Translations under genes and position numbers: made by a program
Shown here: one piece after another, positions 26,480 through 38,800 of the stretch
Layout of the letters: every line of letters starts with the position of its first letter
How positions within the stretch are numbered: position 1 is the stretch's first letter
Origin: Veleropilina oligotropha
Taxonomy: Eukaryota
Length of the DNA stretch: 64,000 nt
Direction: 5' to 3'
Assembly: GCA_048128005.1 (NCBI GenBank)
Contig: JBEUKZ010000123.1
Span: 372,001-436,000 of the forward strand
Notes under the pieces: model-generated
Told to the model about the DNA's origin: nothing
The model's database searches: none
What the model saw: the letters and a program-made list of their open reading frames with translations, nothing else

Positions 26480-28891
26480 ATGGCGGACAAGAAACCAGAC
26501 ACAGTCAATGTGCGGACCTTTAAGAAGTGGTCGTTTAACAGCGACTTTACAATTCTTGAAACGTCAGACGAGGGAAATATTTTAAAATTACAGTGTAATA
26601 TTTGTTCTGAGGACTTAATTGCAATACGACGGGAGGCGTCTAAACGGAATATTAAAGGCGCGGTGTTAACGGGTATAGTAAATTATGCAGACGGCATAAC
26701 ATGTGTTCACAAAGGAAATATTCTTCGACATATCAAATCCGGTGGACTTCATGACTGGGCGAAACGGAAAGGAACATTTGCGGGAGTAAATGTGAGTGAT
26801 TCTGATCAAAATACACCAAAAATCGATGTCGTGTTTGAAAAAAACGAACAAAATTTGTACACACGCCTGTTCACTACCGCGCTTTACCTAGTTCTAAACG
26901 AAAAATGCTTCCGAGATTTCAAATGGTTGTTGGAACTTCAGCGTAAAAATGGTGTTAAGTTAATAACTGGCAAAAATAATGAAAAGTCCTGCAGAGAGTT
27001 CGTAACATTTCTATCTGAAGCACTACGAGCGGATATCCAAGATATTCTCCAACGCGCAAACTTTTTTGCAGGGTTGATGGACGGTTCTCAGGCGCGAAAA
27101 ACTGGTGTAGAAAAAGAACTTGTCTATGCAAAGGTTGTGGTTAATGGTTTGCCTGTTGAGATAATGCTACGGTGTCAAAACATGTCCGATTTTGGTGGTG
27201 AGGGCGCCAAGTCAGTAAAAGATTCATTTGATGGCGCTTTTTTAGATAGCTACAAGCTGCCTATTGAAAGATATTCGAAATTGTTAACAAATGTGTGCAC
27301 TGACGGAGCAAGTGTGAATATGGGTAGATACAATGGTGCCTGCACTCAAATCAAGAAGGAGCACAACCGCGACTGGCTACTACTTATCCACTGTTCGAAT
27401 CATCGACTGGAACTTGCGATAAAAGATGCTTTTCAGTCGGACAAAGCATTTTTAGAAATAGATGACATGATGTGCCAAATCTTCTACATGTTCAGAAATA
27501 GTGGGAAAGCTAAACGCATCTTTGCGGAAATTGCTCTAACTCTTGGAGTAACATTCGTCAGCTTTGTTAAAGCATCAGGAACAAGGTTTCAAAATCACAA
27601 ATATCGGGCTTCAAGGGCAATGCTAATAAACTTTTTGCCACTATGTTCATATGCTGAAAATATGATAGAAAACAAGGGTGCCTGTACACCTGATGCAGCG
27701 GCCAAACTAAAAGGATACCTGAAACGATTCCTGTCGTATAGCTTCCTTGCATCCCTTCACTTCTACAGGCAAGTCCTCTGTGAAACTGCACACTTGTCGT
27801 ACGTGATGCAAACCAGGGCAGTTTTGGTCACTGACATCATTGATGCCATATCAAGTGCTAAGCATAATTTGGAAGAATTATCACAAGCAACAGTTGACCT
27901 ACCTTTCAATGGCAAGGAAAATGAAGATGGAACTGTGTCAATAGATGCAGAATCAACTAACTTACCTGCTTCCGTGGTGTTCAAACAAAAACATCAGTTG
28001 AGTGCAAAACAGCAACAAAAAATTGATAAATATACACATGTATACCGACAGGAGTACACACTCACCAATGTGAAGCAAGGCAAGCAAACTGTCACACGTA
28101 TTAAAGAAACACTCTTGCCTGCAATTTGTGCTGCTATTGAGCAACGATTTGCATCATTTCTATCGAATGACGAAATATTTCACGCTATTTCATTGGCAGA
28201 CCACACAATGTGGAATTACGACGATGAGAAATTTGGCATGGACAAAATCAAGATGCTCAGTGAGCATTTCCGAACACCACTCGAATTTCATAAGTTTAAT
28301 ATAGAAATGGCAATGAAAGAATTCCGGCAACTGAAACACATGGTTGGACAAAAATATCGCTCATTTCAAAACAAAATCAGCTTTTGGCAAACTGTATTTG
28401 CTCATTATGGAAGCAAATACCCTCATATTCTCTTGCTTATCGAGTTGTGTTTATCCATTGCATGGTCCTCTTCATCAGTGGAAAGAGGTTTCAGTACAAC
28501 ACATCGAATTCTAACTGACAGTCGTACAGGATTGAGGAAAGACACATTGAACGATCTTCTACTTCTTCGCATCAACATGCCAGTCATGATAGAACTTGAT
28601 TCGTCATATGATGAGAAATTAGTGGCTAAAGCCGTCAAACTTTACTTGTCATCTGCCAAGAAAGGGAGAGCAAGGTACCACACAAAAACAAAAGAAACTG
28701 TCAGGAAGTCTGATTCTGCAGTTGACTCATTTCTGCCAAAACCCTTCTCTTGTCAGAATGCTTTACTCCAGGATATGGGACATTTGATTGTTAGTGATTC
28801 TGAATCTGACCTTGATCTTCAGAGTGATGATGATGCAGAATCCCTTGATTCTGTTGACAGCTGCATTGAAATGGAGACAGATGACATCTAA
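26480..28891 (+). CDS. hAT-family (ZNF862-like) DDE transposase, ~803 aa
   Basis: LMDGS (D1), CTDGASVNMG (D2), IHCSNHRLELA (CxxH), SSSSVERGFS (E) and C-terminal dimerisation region; no stops or frameshifts. Confidence 0.9.
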   Translation: MADKKPDTVNVRTFKKWSFNSDFTILETSDEGNILKLQCNICSEDLIAIRREASKRNIKGAVLTGIVNYADGITCVHKGNILRHIKSGGLHDWAKRKGTFAGVNVSDSDQNTPKIDVVFEKNEQNLYTRLFTTALYLVLNEKCFRDFKWLLELQRKNGVKLITGKNNEKSCREFVTFLSEALRADIQDILQRANFFAGLMDGSQARKTGVEKELVYAKVVVNGLPVEIMLRCQNMSDFGGEGAKSVKDSFDGAFLDSYKLPIERYSKLLTNVCTDGASVNMGRYNGACTQIKKEHNRDWLLLIHCSNHRLELAIKDAFQSDKAFLEIDDMMCQIFYMFRNSGKAKRIFAEIALTLGVTFVSFVKASGTRFQNHKYRASRAMLINFLPLCSYAENMIENKGACTPDAAAKLKGYLKRFLSYSFLASLHFYRQVLCETAHLSYVMQTRAVLVTDIIDAISSAKHNLEELSQATVDLPFNGKENEDGTVSIDAESTNLPASVVFKQKHQLSAKQQQKIDKYTHVYRQEYTLTNVKQGKQTVTRIKETLLPAICAAIEQRFASFLSNDEIFHAISLADHTMWNYDDEKFGMDKIKMLSEHFRTPLEFHKFNIEMAMKEFRQLKHMVGQKYRSFQNKISFWQTVFAHYGSKYPHILLLIELCLSIAWSSSSVERGFSTTHRILTDSRTGLRKDTLNDLLLLRINMPVMIELDSSYDEKLVAKAVKLYLSSAKKGRARYHTKTKETVRKSDSAVDSFLPKPFSCQNALLQDMGHLIVSDSESDLDLQSDDDAESLDSVDSCIEMETDDI

Positions 28892-29029
28892 AAACACTGA
28901 ATTGCACGAATCTCTGTATAAGACAGTTGGATTTACTTAACTTAGTCATGTCCCGATTGTGACTTTATTAGAATAAAAATATAAATTTGATCTGTGTTTT
29001 CTTAATAGTATTTTAATGGGGAGGAGGGA

Positions 29030-29280
29030 GGAATGATGCTTAATGTCCTGTATATTTACAACATCGAGGTTCAAGGCAGGACATGTCCGTGTTATCGCGG
29101 GAGGAAACCCCTGTCGCCCGGGTAAACCCGCCCTCATCGGCCAGTCACGGACAACTGTGATTCATAACTTGAACAAATTTCAATGCCTCAGTCAGGTATT
29201 GAACACTACTCTTCGCATTAGCGGAATCAAGGCAGTGAATTTTAGAGTGGACACTCTACCCACTGCGCTGCTGGGGACTT
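29030..29280 (-). mobile_element. tRNA-derived SINE family; further copies at ~45-690, 25420-25585, 34235-34495, 42935-43150, 47094-47325, 48345-48490
   Basis: Shared core GTTCAGTTATGAATC(A/G)CAGTTGTCC...GGGCGGGTTTCCCCGGGCGACC...GGACATGTCCTGCCTTGA..., tRNA-like head (CCGGTAGCCGTGTG), tail AAGCATCGA(TCCAA)n. Confidence 0.7.
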
Positions 29281-30501
29281 GTCTGCAAAATTACCACAGC
29301 TGTTGAAGCAGACAATAATTTTAACCTAGTTTCTGAAAATATATTGTAATAGAAGTGCAAAAACACATTAGGTAATTTCTATTTCTAATATATAGTTACT
29401 ATAAATTGAAATAGAAAGTTGCCTAGAGTTTTGTTTTTGTTGCACAATATGGCACAGTGATTACATTCCTGTGATTATACCTTAGGTTACAAGCTTAGCG
29501 TTTAGACACATTCGGAATTACTGTGATTATACCTTAGATTACAAGGTTAGCTTTTTGAAATAATAGTAATAACGATGATTCGGATTGAAAATTTTATTTT
29601 ATTTGTGTGCATGATTACAGGATAACAATGGTAACTGGTTACGACTCGGACTGTCAATGAAGGTTGGAAATAACAACCCATTCCAGCCTCAACAGTTACG
29701 TGGATGCATAATTTGCGTAACCTGTTTGCGTAACCTTTAGGTTACCTAGAACTTTCTTGCGTAACCGAACTATAGGTTACGCTGGCTAATTTACCTTAAC
29801 CGATTTATAGGTTACGCAAATTTGTGAAATTTCGTGGCCTGTAATACAAATTTCTCTGGTAGATTATGCTCGGGGAATGCAGAAATCAGGAAGTTACTTT
29901 TGGCAGTAGATTTTGGATTGTGAACTAAATGCGCACCAGAGCTGAAACATATCACTAAGATGATGTCATATTGTTTCAAACTTTGTCTTTAGCCCATTGT
30001 ATTTATTGAAATTTTATTGTGACAGCGGGTTTATTTTTGATAACAAATGCAGTTTTTCTGTCACACATCTATTTCCTCATGGTATTATTCTCTATTCGCT
30101 TATATATAGTCGGGGGTTCCTCCAGAAATAAAAAAGTGTGGGGGGTCCTTAGATCAACGGTATGCGGCCGGGACCTGAAAATTTATTTTCTCCCCTCAGA
30201 AATGGCCTCTCATGGAAAAATATTCATTTTACTTATCAAATGCAAAAGTTGGTGGGGATGATAAACCCCCCAAAAGTTTTTCGTGACGGGTTCAAACCCC
30301 CCTAGGCGGAAACCCTGATAGTGTTGTGATCAAACTGTACTGCTTCATTATTTGAAGGCACTTCGAAGTTATCTGTAATTGTAGTTCCATACTGGCTGCT
30401 TGTAATGAATGGCTGATATTGGTGGGACGGTTAAAATTCCAGTGATTATTGAACTTTGTGGTTCATTCAGAGTTGTCTTTATATTTCATTTTCTCTTCCA
30501 G

Positions 30502-30594
30502 TTACACTGTACTGGTGGTACTGCTGGCTGCAACGAGTTCCATCCAAAAGTCGTCCAGTGTCACAACAAGGGTTCCGATGGATATGATATCCAG
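30502..30594 (+). CDS. SARAF: SARAF coding exon 3
   Basis: AG/GT bounded; LHCTGGTAGCNEFHPKVVQCHNKGSDGYDIQ (conserved LKCVGGTAGC...P.V.QC.NKG.DG.D.Q). Confidence 0.95.
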
Positions 30595-30904
30595 GTATTC
30601 AAGAATAAAATAGAAAACCAAAATTTCGATTATTAAATAAATTATTGTGTGCTCTATTAATTTCCTATTTATAACCGCAAGCAATAATAACTTTTCCAAG
30701 AACATTATAACATTGTGAATTTGAAGTAACTTTTGTATTAGTTTCAATTTTCAAATTTTGCTATCATGTTCAGTTTTGTTATTTACTACCGCAAAGCTGC
30801 TGCAAGCAGTAATAACAATGCATATTTGAAGTAACTTTTGTGTTTCAATTTTCAAATTTTACTATCAGGCTCACTTTTGTTATCTCTATATATAAAAGAG
30901 TAGA

Positions 30905-30939
<35 letters not shown>

Positions 30940-31463
30940 CGCTATCTCCTCCGTAACCACTGGGCCGATCATCACCAAACTTTGCATGTCAACTAAGGGT
31001 ACCCAGGGATGGTCTTGGCCGCAAAAAAAATAATTGAATTTTTTTTTAATTTTAGGCGAAAATATAAATTTTGCAAATTTGATATGAGGGGCGAAGCCCC
31101 TCCAACTGGGGCCGCAGGCCCCACGACGCTGAATTAGAGCTCCCGAAGGGAGCTCAATTCAGCTAGTTATACAATAAAAGTGAAAATAGCAAAAAATTCT
31201 TGCAAGAGTTTGAATTCCATTATTGATCCGTCATAATGTTCAACAAAGATATGTTGCTATATGTATACAGAATCAATTGGAGAAAATACAAAACAAAATC
31301 ATAAAATAAGTTTTCTTCACAATGGTGACATTAGCCAATAAAATCTCTTTAAGTGAGCTGTATGTGGGAGTTACAATTGTAATGCAAATTCAGAGTAACA
31401 GTGGATTATGTCAATGTTGTGAATCACTTTTTGGCTACTAATACGCTTCTCTGTTTATTTCAG

Positions 31464-31574
31464 TGGGAGTGCAAATCTGACATGGACAATGCCTACAGGT
31501 TTGGGGACATTGACGTGTCCTGCGAAGGCTACGATTATTCTGATGATCCATATATTCTTAAAGGATCGTGTGGT
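31464..31574 (+). CDS. SARAF: SARAF coding exon 4
   Basis: AG/GT bounded; WECKSDMDNAYRFGDIDVSCEGYDYSDDPYILKGSCG. Confidence 0.95.
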
Positions 31575-32074
31575 GTAAGTTATATACTAGTATTAAGAAT
31601 TAGTTAGAGGTTTAGAATTGCTTGCGAGTTAGTTCGAGGTTTAGAATTGCTTGCGAGTCATAGTTCTTAGTATATGGAATATTATTAGGCGGCGGCATAC
31701 CGGTATTAACTTTACTTATATATACGTTACAGTAGTTAAAATAAAAATTATAACATCGCTTTAAGTGGTAGGTTAAAATATTAGCTGATGTCTCAACAAA
31801 TACCTTACATGGAGATATTGGCATAAATGTAGAACAACAAAGACAATTTTGCATTGCTTTGCCAAAATTTTGATGATAACTTTAAATCGATATTGTATTT
31901 ATGAATATTTCGGTTATGCTGGAGACATAATATGTACCTTGTTTTTATTGCACAGGGCATGAATCCAAAGTTGATTCAAAATGAAAAATTGTTGGAGTGG
32001 TCATTATATTCGTTTTTATATTGTCCCATCATTATTTATATTTTGATAAATAGAGGATCTCATAATTATGAGTG

Positions 32075-32190
32075 GTAATGTAATATCACATATATGAAAC
32101 GAGTTTAACTAATTTTCATATTTTCCGAGGCTTGTCGAGGAAAATATGAAAATTAGTTAAACGAGTTTCATAAATGTGATATTACATTAC
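32075..32190. repeat. Long hairpin within a probable non-autonomous (Crypton-like) element ~32045-32975
   Basis: 52-bp arms (32075-32126, 32139-32190) with 3 mismatches around a 12-nt loop; element class is tentative. Confidence 0.6.
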
Positions 32191-33077
32191 TACGAGTGTG
32201 AGGTTCTATTTATCACATATTGCTCTTTGGTACGAAACAAACTACAAACACGAAATTTCCTTACCGGCACGAAGAATCAGCAGTAGAGTGAAAGCGACAT
32301 TACGGCGAAGTGATATGTAAACAGTTTAATGCAAAAGGACATCGTGTTAACTCATTACATAAATTAATAGCAATGCCCTCTAAAAAGAGTGCGACAGTAG
32401 TTGATTAATTGACATTAATTAAATAACTAACAAATATTCTATGAAACTGAAACGATATAACTTTATATAAACTATATGAACATATTAGAATAACAATTTT
32501 CATTAAGATTTAAAACTATCTGCCAAAAACAGTAACGCAGGATATATGTGTCACTGACCGGTTTGAATCTGTCATTGACGTCTGCTATCGCGGAGAAGCT
32601 ATGTATACATACCTCGGGTCCTGCATATATGTGATTGTCGAGTCTGCAATCTCGTTACCTCGAAATCAGTTCCAATAATCTCTAACATGTTGTTGTTTTG
32701 TGGCCGTTGCTATAAATGTTTCCACTATCGCCGCCATAATGTCAACATTACAAATATTGGCGGCAATCTCATTATGACATTATAGTAAACAATACGTACG
32801 TAGTAAAAACAAGAAGTGCGCTCGACCTTTAGTGACACGCAGTTCTATTGGCTGTTCTAATTTCATTCATTAAATCATCCAATCACATGTCAAGCAGGCT
32901 TTAATAAATGCGTCTAATACGAAGAATAAGACACGGTGTTGCACTATGGGAACATGACCTAGATAATGTGATAAGCTAAATATATGCCACCATTATAAAA
33001 CTCTGTTTTCATGTATTTTAATATGTATGTCAGTTGAAAAATTCATTACTATAAGCAATGTCTCACTCATGTTGTAG

Positions 33078-33178
33078 TTGAGGTATACCCTGGATCTGAC
33101 CAAGGAAGGGCATCAACAGCAAAAACAACATAATTACTATGGTAACCAACAACAACATGGCGGTGGATATCAAAACAG
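33078..33178 (+). CDS. SARAF: SARAF coding exon 5
   Basis: AG/GT bounded; LRYTLDLTKEG... continues the GSCG-L.Y.LD.T..G motif in frame. Confidence 0.9.
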
Positions 33179-33860
33179 GTAAATGATTATTTTTTATGTC
33201 AGAGTTCTTGTTTACAAAATGATACAGAATTAGTTGACAGTAGTTTTGATGTGATAAATATAGATTAAACGTGACTTCATTATCTCCATAATATTTGAAT
33301 AAACCTGAAAATTAATATATTCCCCTCTTGTGGTATTTGACAGAAGCTCTTTTGTACATAATACATAGAGTTGTCTCCCATGGTCTGCATAAAATAATCA
33401 TTTTTACTGTAGATAGATGTACACTTGAATATATGATCATAAAACAACTGTAGATACATTATACAGTATCGATGATATTCAAAACAATATTTCAAATATG
33501 AACGAAATATTTACAAATTTATGAATGACATTTTGGACCAGACAAATTAATTAAAGATGTACATATTGTCTGAAATTGATGATGTTATATCCTTGATTTT
33601 TTCCGTGTACGATCATGGCTATGTCTTTTCTTCAATTTTTTATATTACAGTATGTTTGTTCAATATTGTTATTATGTGTTAATGATTTATTGCCTCACAT
33701 AATTAAACATCTGCATGGTAGTTTTGGCATTTAATTTTCAAATCTATTGACCAAGTTGATGTCCAAAAAATCCTTTGCAGAGAGGTTCTTGTTATTTGTT
33801 TACTTTTCAGTATTAAAAAAATAGACCAATCTAGAATTAAATACCCTTATTATTTTGCAG

Positions 33861-34057
33861 CTACAGGCAGTCCAGCAGTTCTTTTGGAAACATTATTTTC
33901 CTGGTCCTTGTGGGTGGCATTATCTACATCGTTTACAGAAAATGCATAGCACCTCAGACTGGGGCCCGGCAAAACCCCACGGCCCCACCTCAAGAGCCCT
34001 ACCCCGGGGAGCAGCCCCCTCCCTATGGCTTCAGGCCGGACTACACGCCTGGCTCAG
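33861..34057 (+). CDS. SARAF: SARAF coding exon 6 (transmembrane helix, Pro-rich)
   Basis: Phase-compatible; FGNIIFLVLVGGIIYIVYRKC transmembrane segment then PPPYGFRPDY. Confidence 0.9.
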
Positions 34058-35515
34058 GTACCCACATGGATTAACCACCCGATATTTGATAAGATTCGTT
34101 ATGTAACAGAAATGGTGCATTTTGTAATAAAATCTAAAATTGTTCGAATTACTACCGAATCTATTTCATGACTATTTGCGCATAGGTGTGTTTTGAGTGT
34201 GATAATCATTGGCAGGTTAGTGCTCTTAATCAGGTTGGATTGGATCGATGCTTAATGTCCTGTATATATATATATATATATATATATACAACCATCAGGT
34301 TCAAGGCAGGACATATTATTGCGAAAGAAAGCTCGGTCACTTAGGAAAACCTGCTATCTCCAGCCAGTTATGGACAACTATGATTGATATCTGAACATAG
34401 GATGCGTCAAGAGAGGCTTGATCGCACTGCTGTTAGTCGGAGCAGTAATGCCACTGAATTCAGAGTTCACACTCGAGACCACATGGCTACGGAACGACAG
34501 CTCTTAATCAGATGAGGTAGAATATTACAATGTTTTCCTAACAGTTGAAAATGAAATGAATGTATTCATAAATTAACCCACTGATTCAAATAAGTTTATA
34601 TTGTGTATACACACCATGAGCATGATGATATCTGAACAACAGGCTTCGCAGTGTCAGTTTCTTCATTTTTGCAGTTAACAATCCAAACAATTGCAATGAC
34701 TATGGTCATGACTATGAGCTGGCCCATGACAAAGCATTTGATAAGTCGCCAGCACCATTTCAATGGAAGAATTGACTCTCATAATATGTACTAAAGCCTG
34801 ATATGGTGGGCAATTTCATGTTTTAAAGGGTTATAGTTTACAATTTACAATATATTTCCATGGTGTGTATGACTGATACTACACTGATACCCCTCAACAA
34901 TATTCATATAACATCTCTCGCCATTCCTCGGGTTGCATAAACATGTTACATAGTGCAAAGCATGAGTGTAATGCAATCTCCATGTTTTCATCTAGAGCAA
35001 GCAACAAAATTGACAATGATGTTTATAATACTTTGAAGTCAAGAACAGTTTCTTTTATCATGAAAACTATATTGGCATATGTTGCTTTTGATTTAGCCTA
35101 TGTGCATGTACTCAATGGCAGCTAAGAAGTCACTATAAATAGTAAACAGACTTTGATTTAAATATCTTGTTATTTTTAAACCACATGTTATTAAGAAAAA
35201 TTTTGGTCATAATGGTGTCATTTACAAACTACAAATCAAATCTGAAGTTAAATCAATTATTCCATCCAGGTGTGTGAGTGGGTTAGACCGCTGGTTTTGC
35301 AATTGTGGATCGAGCTCGGTTGAAACTATCTCAGGCTCGTCAGAGCTAAGTTACAATGGTCCATAACTGGCCGATTAACGGTTTCTCATCCCACAATAAT
35401 ATGAACATGTCCTTATGTGACAAGAAGCGCAATCCAAAATCATCATAATTTATTTGGATGTGGATTCATATACATGTCCATGCAACTGCTAACGTGTGTA
35501 CATTCTCATCGCCAG

Positions 35516-35844
35516 ATTCCTGTTCATCAAATTACGCTAGCGCAGGTGCTGGGCCCTCAACATTTGGAGCCAATAGAAACACCGGAACAGGAGGCGGGTT
35601 CTGGACTGGCGCAGCAACAGGGGGCATGCTGGGATACTTGTTTGGCAACCGCAACAGTGGCTACTCCAACTACCACCAGCAACCGTACGGCGGTTATCGC
35701 CAACCCAGACCCAGCTTCTGGAGTGGGTGGTCATCAGGCTATTCCTCTGGTCCCAGCCATAACACATCATCGTTTGGTGGAGGATCGTCAGGAAGTTCCG
35801 GAACCAGAACCGCTTCAGGTTTTGGTGGAACCTCGAGAAGATAA
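35516..35844 (+). CDS. SARAF: SARAF last coding exon
   Basis: GGGFWTGAATGGMLGYLFG and terminal TRTASGFGGTSRR* are diagnostic SARAF motifs; AATAAA follows near 35906. Confidence 0.95.
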
Positions 35845-38800
35845 ATATTCATTATTCAAGTGGAGATATTTGGCTGCATTTTAAAAATTGACTTGATCTT
35901 TCACAATAAAAAGGTGACCAGGAATATAAAAAGTTTATCATTATCAATCGAATATCGCAAAAGTTGGATTACCCTTTTGCATTGCAATATTTTCATGTAA
36001 TAATATTGGGCAAATTTATGATCTCTCGTGAGTTTCAGGTTTATTAATAATATCAAGTTTCATAAATATGATATTAAACTGGATGTCACAATGCTTACAA
36101 TAAAGTATAATATTAATTATAATATTGGTTTAGAATGCATTAGGTCATCATTACATTTGTTAAAATTGAAGCCCAATTGATTTAATCTCATAAACGCAAG
36201 TGACAAACAGATTTGCCATATTACTTAATACATGAAAGTGAATAAATTTTGAAGTAACCAGATGAACATAAGCTGGATCTCCAGGTATGGTGGGCGTCTG
36301 CTTCACTGAATTTAAAAACTATGTTTTATTGGATGTTGTTAGGCCCATCTTGAAATGTGTCGAATTTCAAACAAAACTGATTAAATATGTGGTATACTGA
36401 AAATGTGAATCAGCTAGTGCTCCCCTATATGACAAAACAATAATATCCCATATAATATAAAACATGTGTCCTGTCTCATGTTATAATCAGATAATTTATA
36501 TGTAATAATACGTAATACAGTAGTAGGATCTATGAAGAAATTATCGTATATTATGTACAGAAAATGTTTTGGAAAATGCAGATCTTAATTATGTTTTCTC
36601 AGTCTCAAGTCGTGGTTGGGGTGGGTTAAGAAAGGTATACGTACTGTATTAACGCCTCTGGTGATGTGTCATGAGGAAAATTTACATGTCACATGACAAT
36701 GGTTAACTCGTTATTTCGTTTCAATTTTTATTTCAATGATTGCCAATCATACTATTTAGGGTTTTTGATTCCAAAATGTCCTTGCAGTAGTCAAAGTATC
36801 AGAAAATGAAGCAATATTTAAAAGCAAAAAGTTTTGCAAAGCAATGTTTGTAAATTAGTCATTTTCCAGTCAGAGATAGTAGTACACAACATAACAAACG
36901 ATGAAAATGTCTCTATTTAGGAGTATTAATGCTTTCTGTCACATGTTACATATTATGATTTTATTTAGAGATTTTCATACAAATATATTAGTGTTTAATA
37001 TATATTACGAATTTAACGTAAATTACCGCATACTAACAAAACTATATTTTCATTCTTTATTATTGACTTTGTGTTGTTATGTACATTGTATGTATTTGTA
37101 AATATGTCCTGGGGTATATCTATTAATATGCTGTCACGCATATAATTGCATGTTTGCTATAAATGATAATGCTATTGCAATCCGTTGTACATGTATTTGT
37201 TATTGATGAATCCTTTGTTTTGGTTGGTTGGTTGGCAACAATGTTTTACGACCACTTTTAGCAATTTTTCAGCCATATCCATTGTTTTGATTCATGATGA
37301 AAGTTTGATGATTAAGTACCATATTTAGAACAAAGTGGTTTTGTTCCTGAAAAGGACAGAGGAAGATCTCAGTTTCGTAACCAGAAATCTATAAGACAAT
37401 TATCCCATCTTTATCTTATGTATGTAATATGGTTGTTCTATTTTCTTCGCTTATAATGCTCAAAGATATCGTGTTGTGTTTTTCTTGTCTTGTGTGTTAT
37501 GTATATACTTAGTATATTAAATCTTCTAGGTAAAAATGTGCATTGTTTTTTCATAGTCTATACAAATTACTTCAACTATACAATGTGCATATGTGCAAGA
37601 AAATACACAATAAATTTTATATGTGATCAGTGTCAACGACATAACTCCCTTAGTGGTTATGATGCTGAACAATGACGCTAGCTATCTGAGTTTGATTCCC
37701 AGGAGTGTCGAGAATTTGACACGGGTATACCTCGTCTGCATTGCACGAAGTATCCATCTGATGGATGAGACTACAGACAAGACTGAACCAATGTTAAAAT
37801 GTGGATGTAAAACTAAATTGATTCAAATGAAATCAAACCCTCATTGGCATTTTCAAATATTGACAGGACATGCCAATACATGAAATGTCTTGTGCCGCAG
37901 GGAGTTTCTAAATATTAAATCCAGCATGATCTATTTGTGCTGCACAGTCATTAACAAGTATTACATTATTAGGCCTGTTAAAATGCTTCCGTTTGGTCAA
38001 AATCATTTGATTAAAATTTAACAAAGTATGTCATATCACATCATGCAGTACTACTGGAGTTTTTCTTAAGAATACTAACAACTTCTTGCATGTTTGATAT
38101 AAATCCACTATAAGTTGGATACTTTTACACAGATAGGTAAAGCTATAATCTCCATATTGGACTTTGAATATTTCGTCATAGCTATCTTGAATCAGTGCAT
38201 TGTTTTGTAACATCACATAGGAATGCAGTATATCAGAGATGAAAAGTTCTTAAAGGTACGATGTCATCAATGAAATCCCAGATAAGATTAAGTGATGGTC
38301 ATGCAATTTAATATCATCACTTTATATAATGGATGCATCTCTTGGAATAAATTTTACAAATCAGATATTTTCATTAGAATTAATTCCTTACTCGTGATGC
38401 TCGCCCATGTTATTTTGTTAAGGACGAAGTTTTTTAACAGCAGTTAAAGATGATAAATATTGTATTTTACAAGACGAATTCAACAGATTTGTACATATCT
38501 CAGCATGTTGAGACTTTATATATATATAGTGGCTATTTGGCACAAATTCCCTCAAAAATCTACATGCATTTAATGTTATGCTCCTTTAATATGAATTATC
38601 TTGATTTGACCGCGTATCCTCTCTTCTGATTGGCTGATGTAATTTTACTAACTTGCCGTAAACCCCAGCCAGACGTGGTATATGGAAACTTATACCATGC
38701 TGACGTCATACGGCGCCTGTCAATCAAAATATTTTAACTTGGAAAACCTTGAGTAGGCGTTACTGAAGTAAAGTTGCTGTCTGCCATTTTCAATACATAA

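Larger units (their letters stand above)
26024..29841 (+). mobile_element. Autonomous-looking hAT-superfamily transposon with 5-bp TSD, in SARAF intron
   Basis: 18-bp TIRs CAGGCC(G/A)CGAAATTTCAC (1 mismatch); TAATA duplicated at 26019-26023 and 29842-29846; GGTTACGC subterminal repeats at both ends; single long ORF. Confidence 0.9.
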
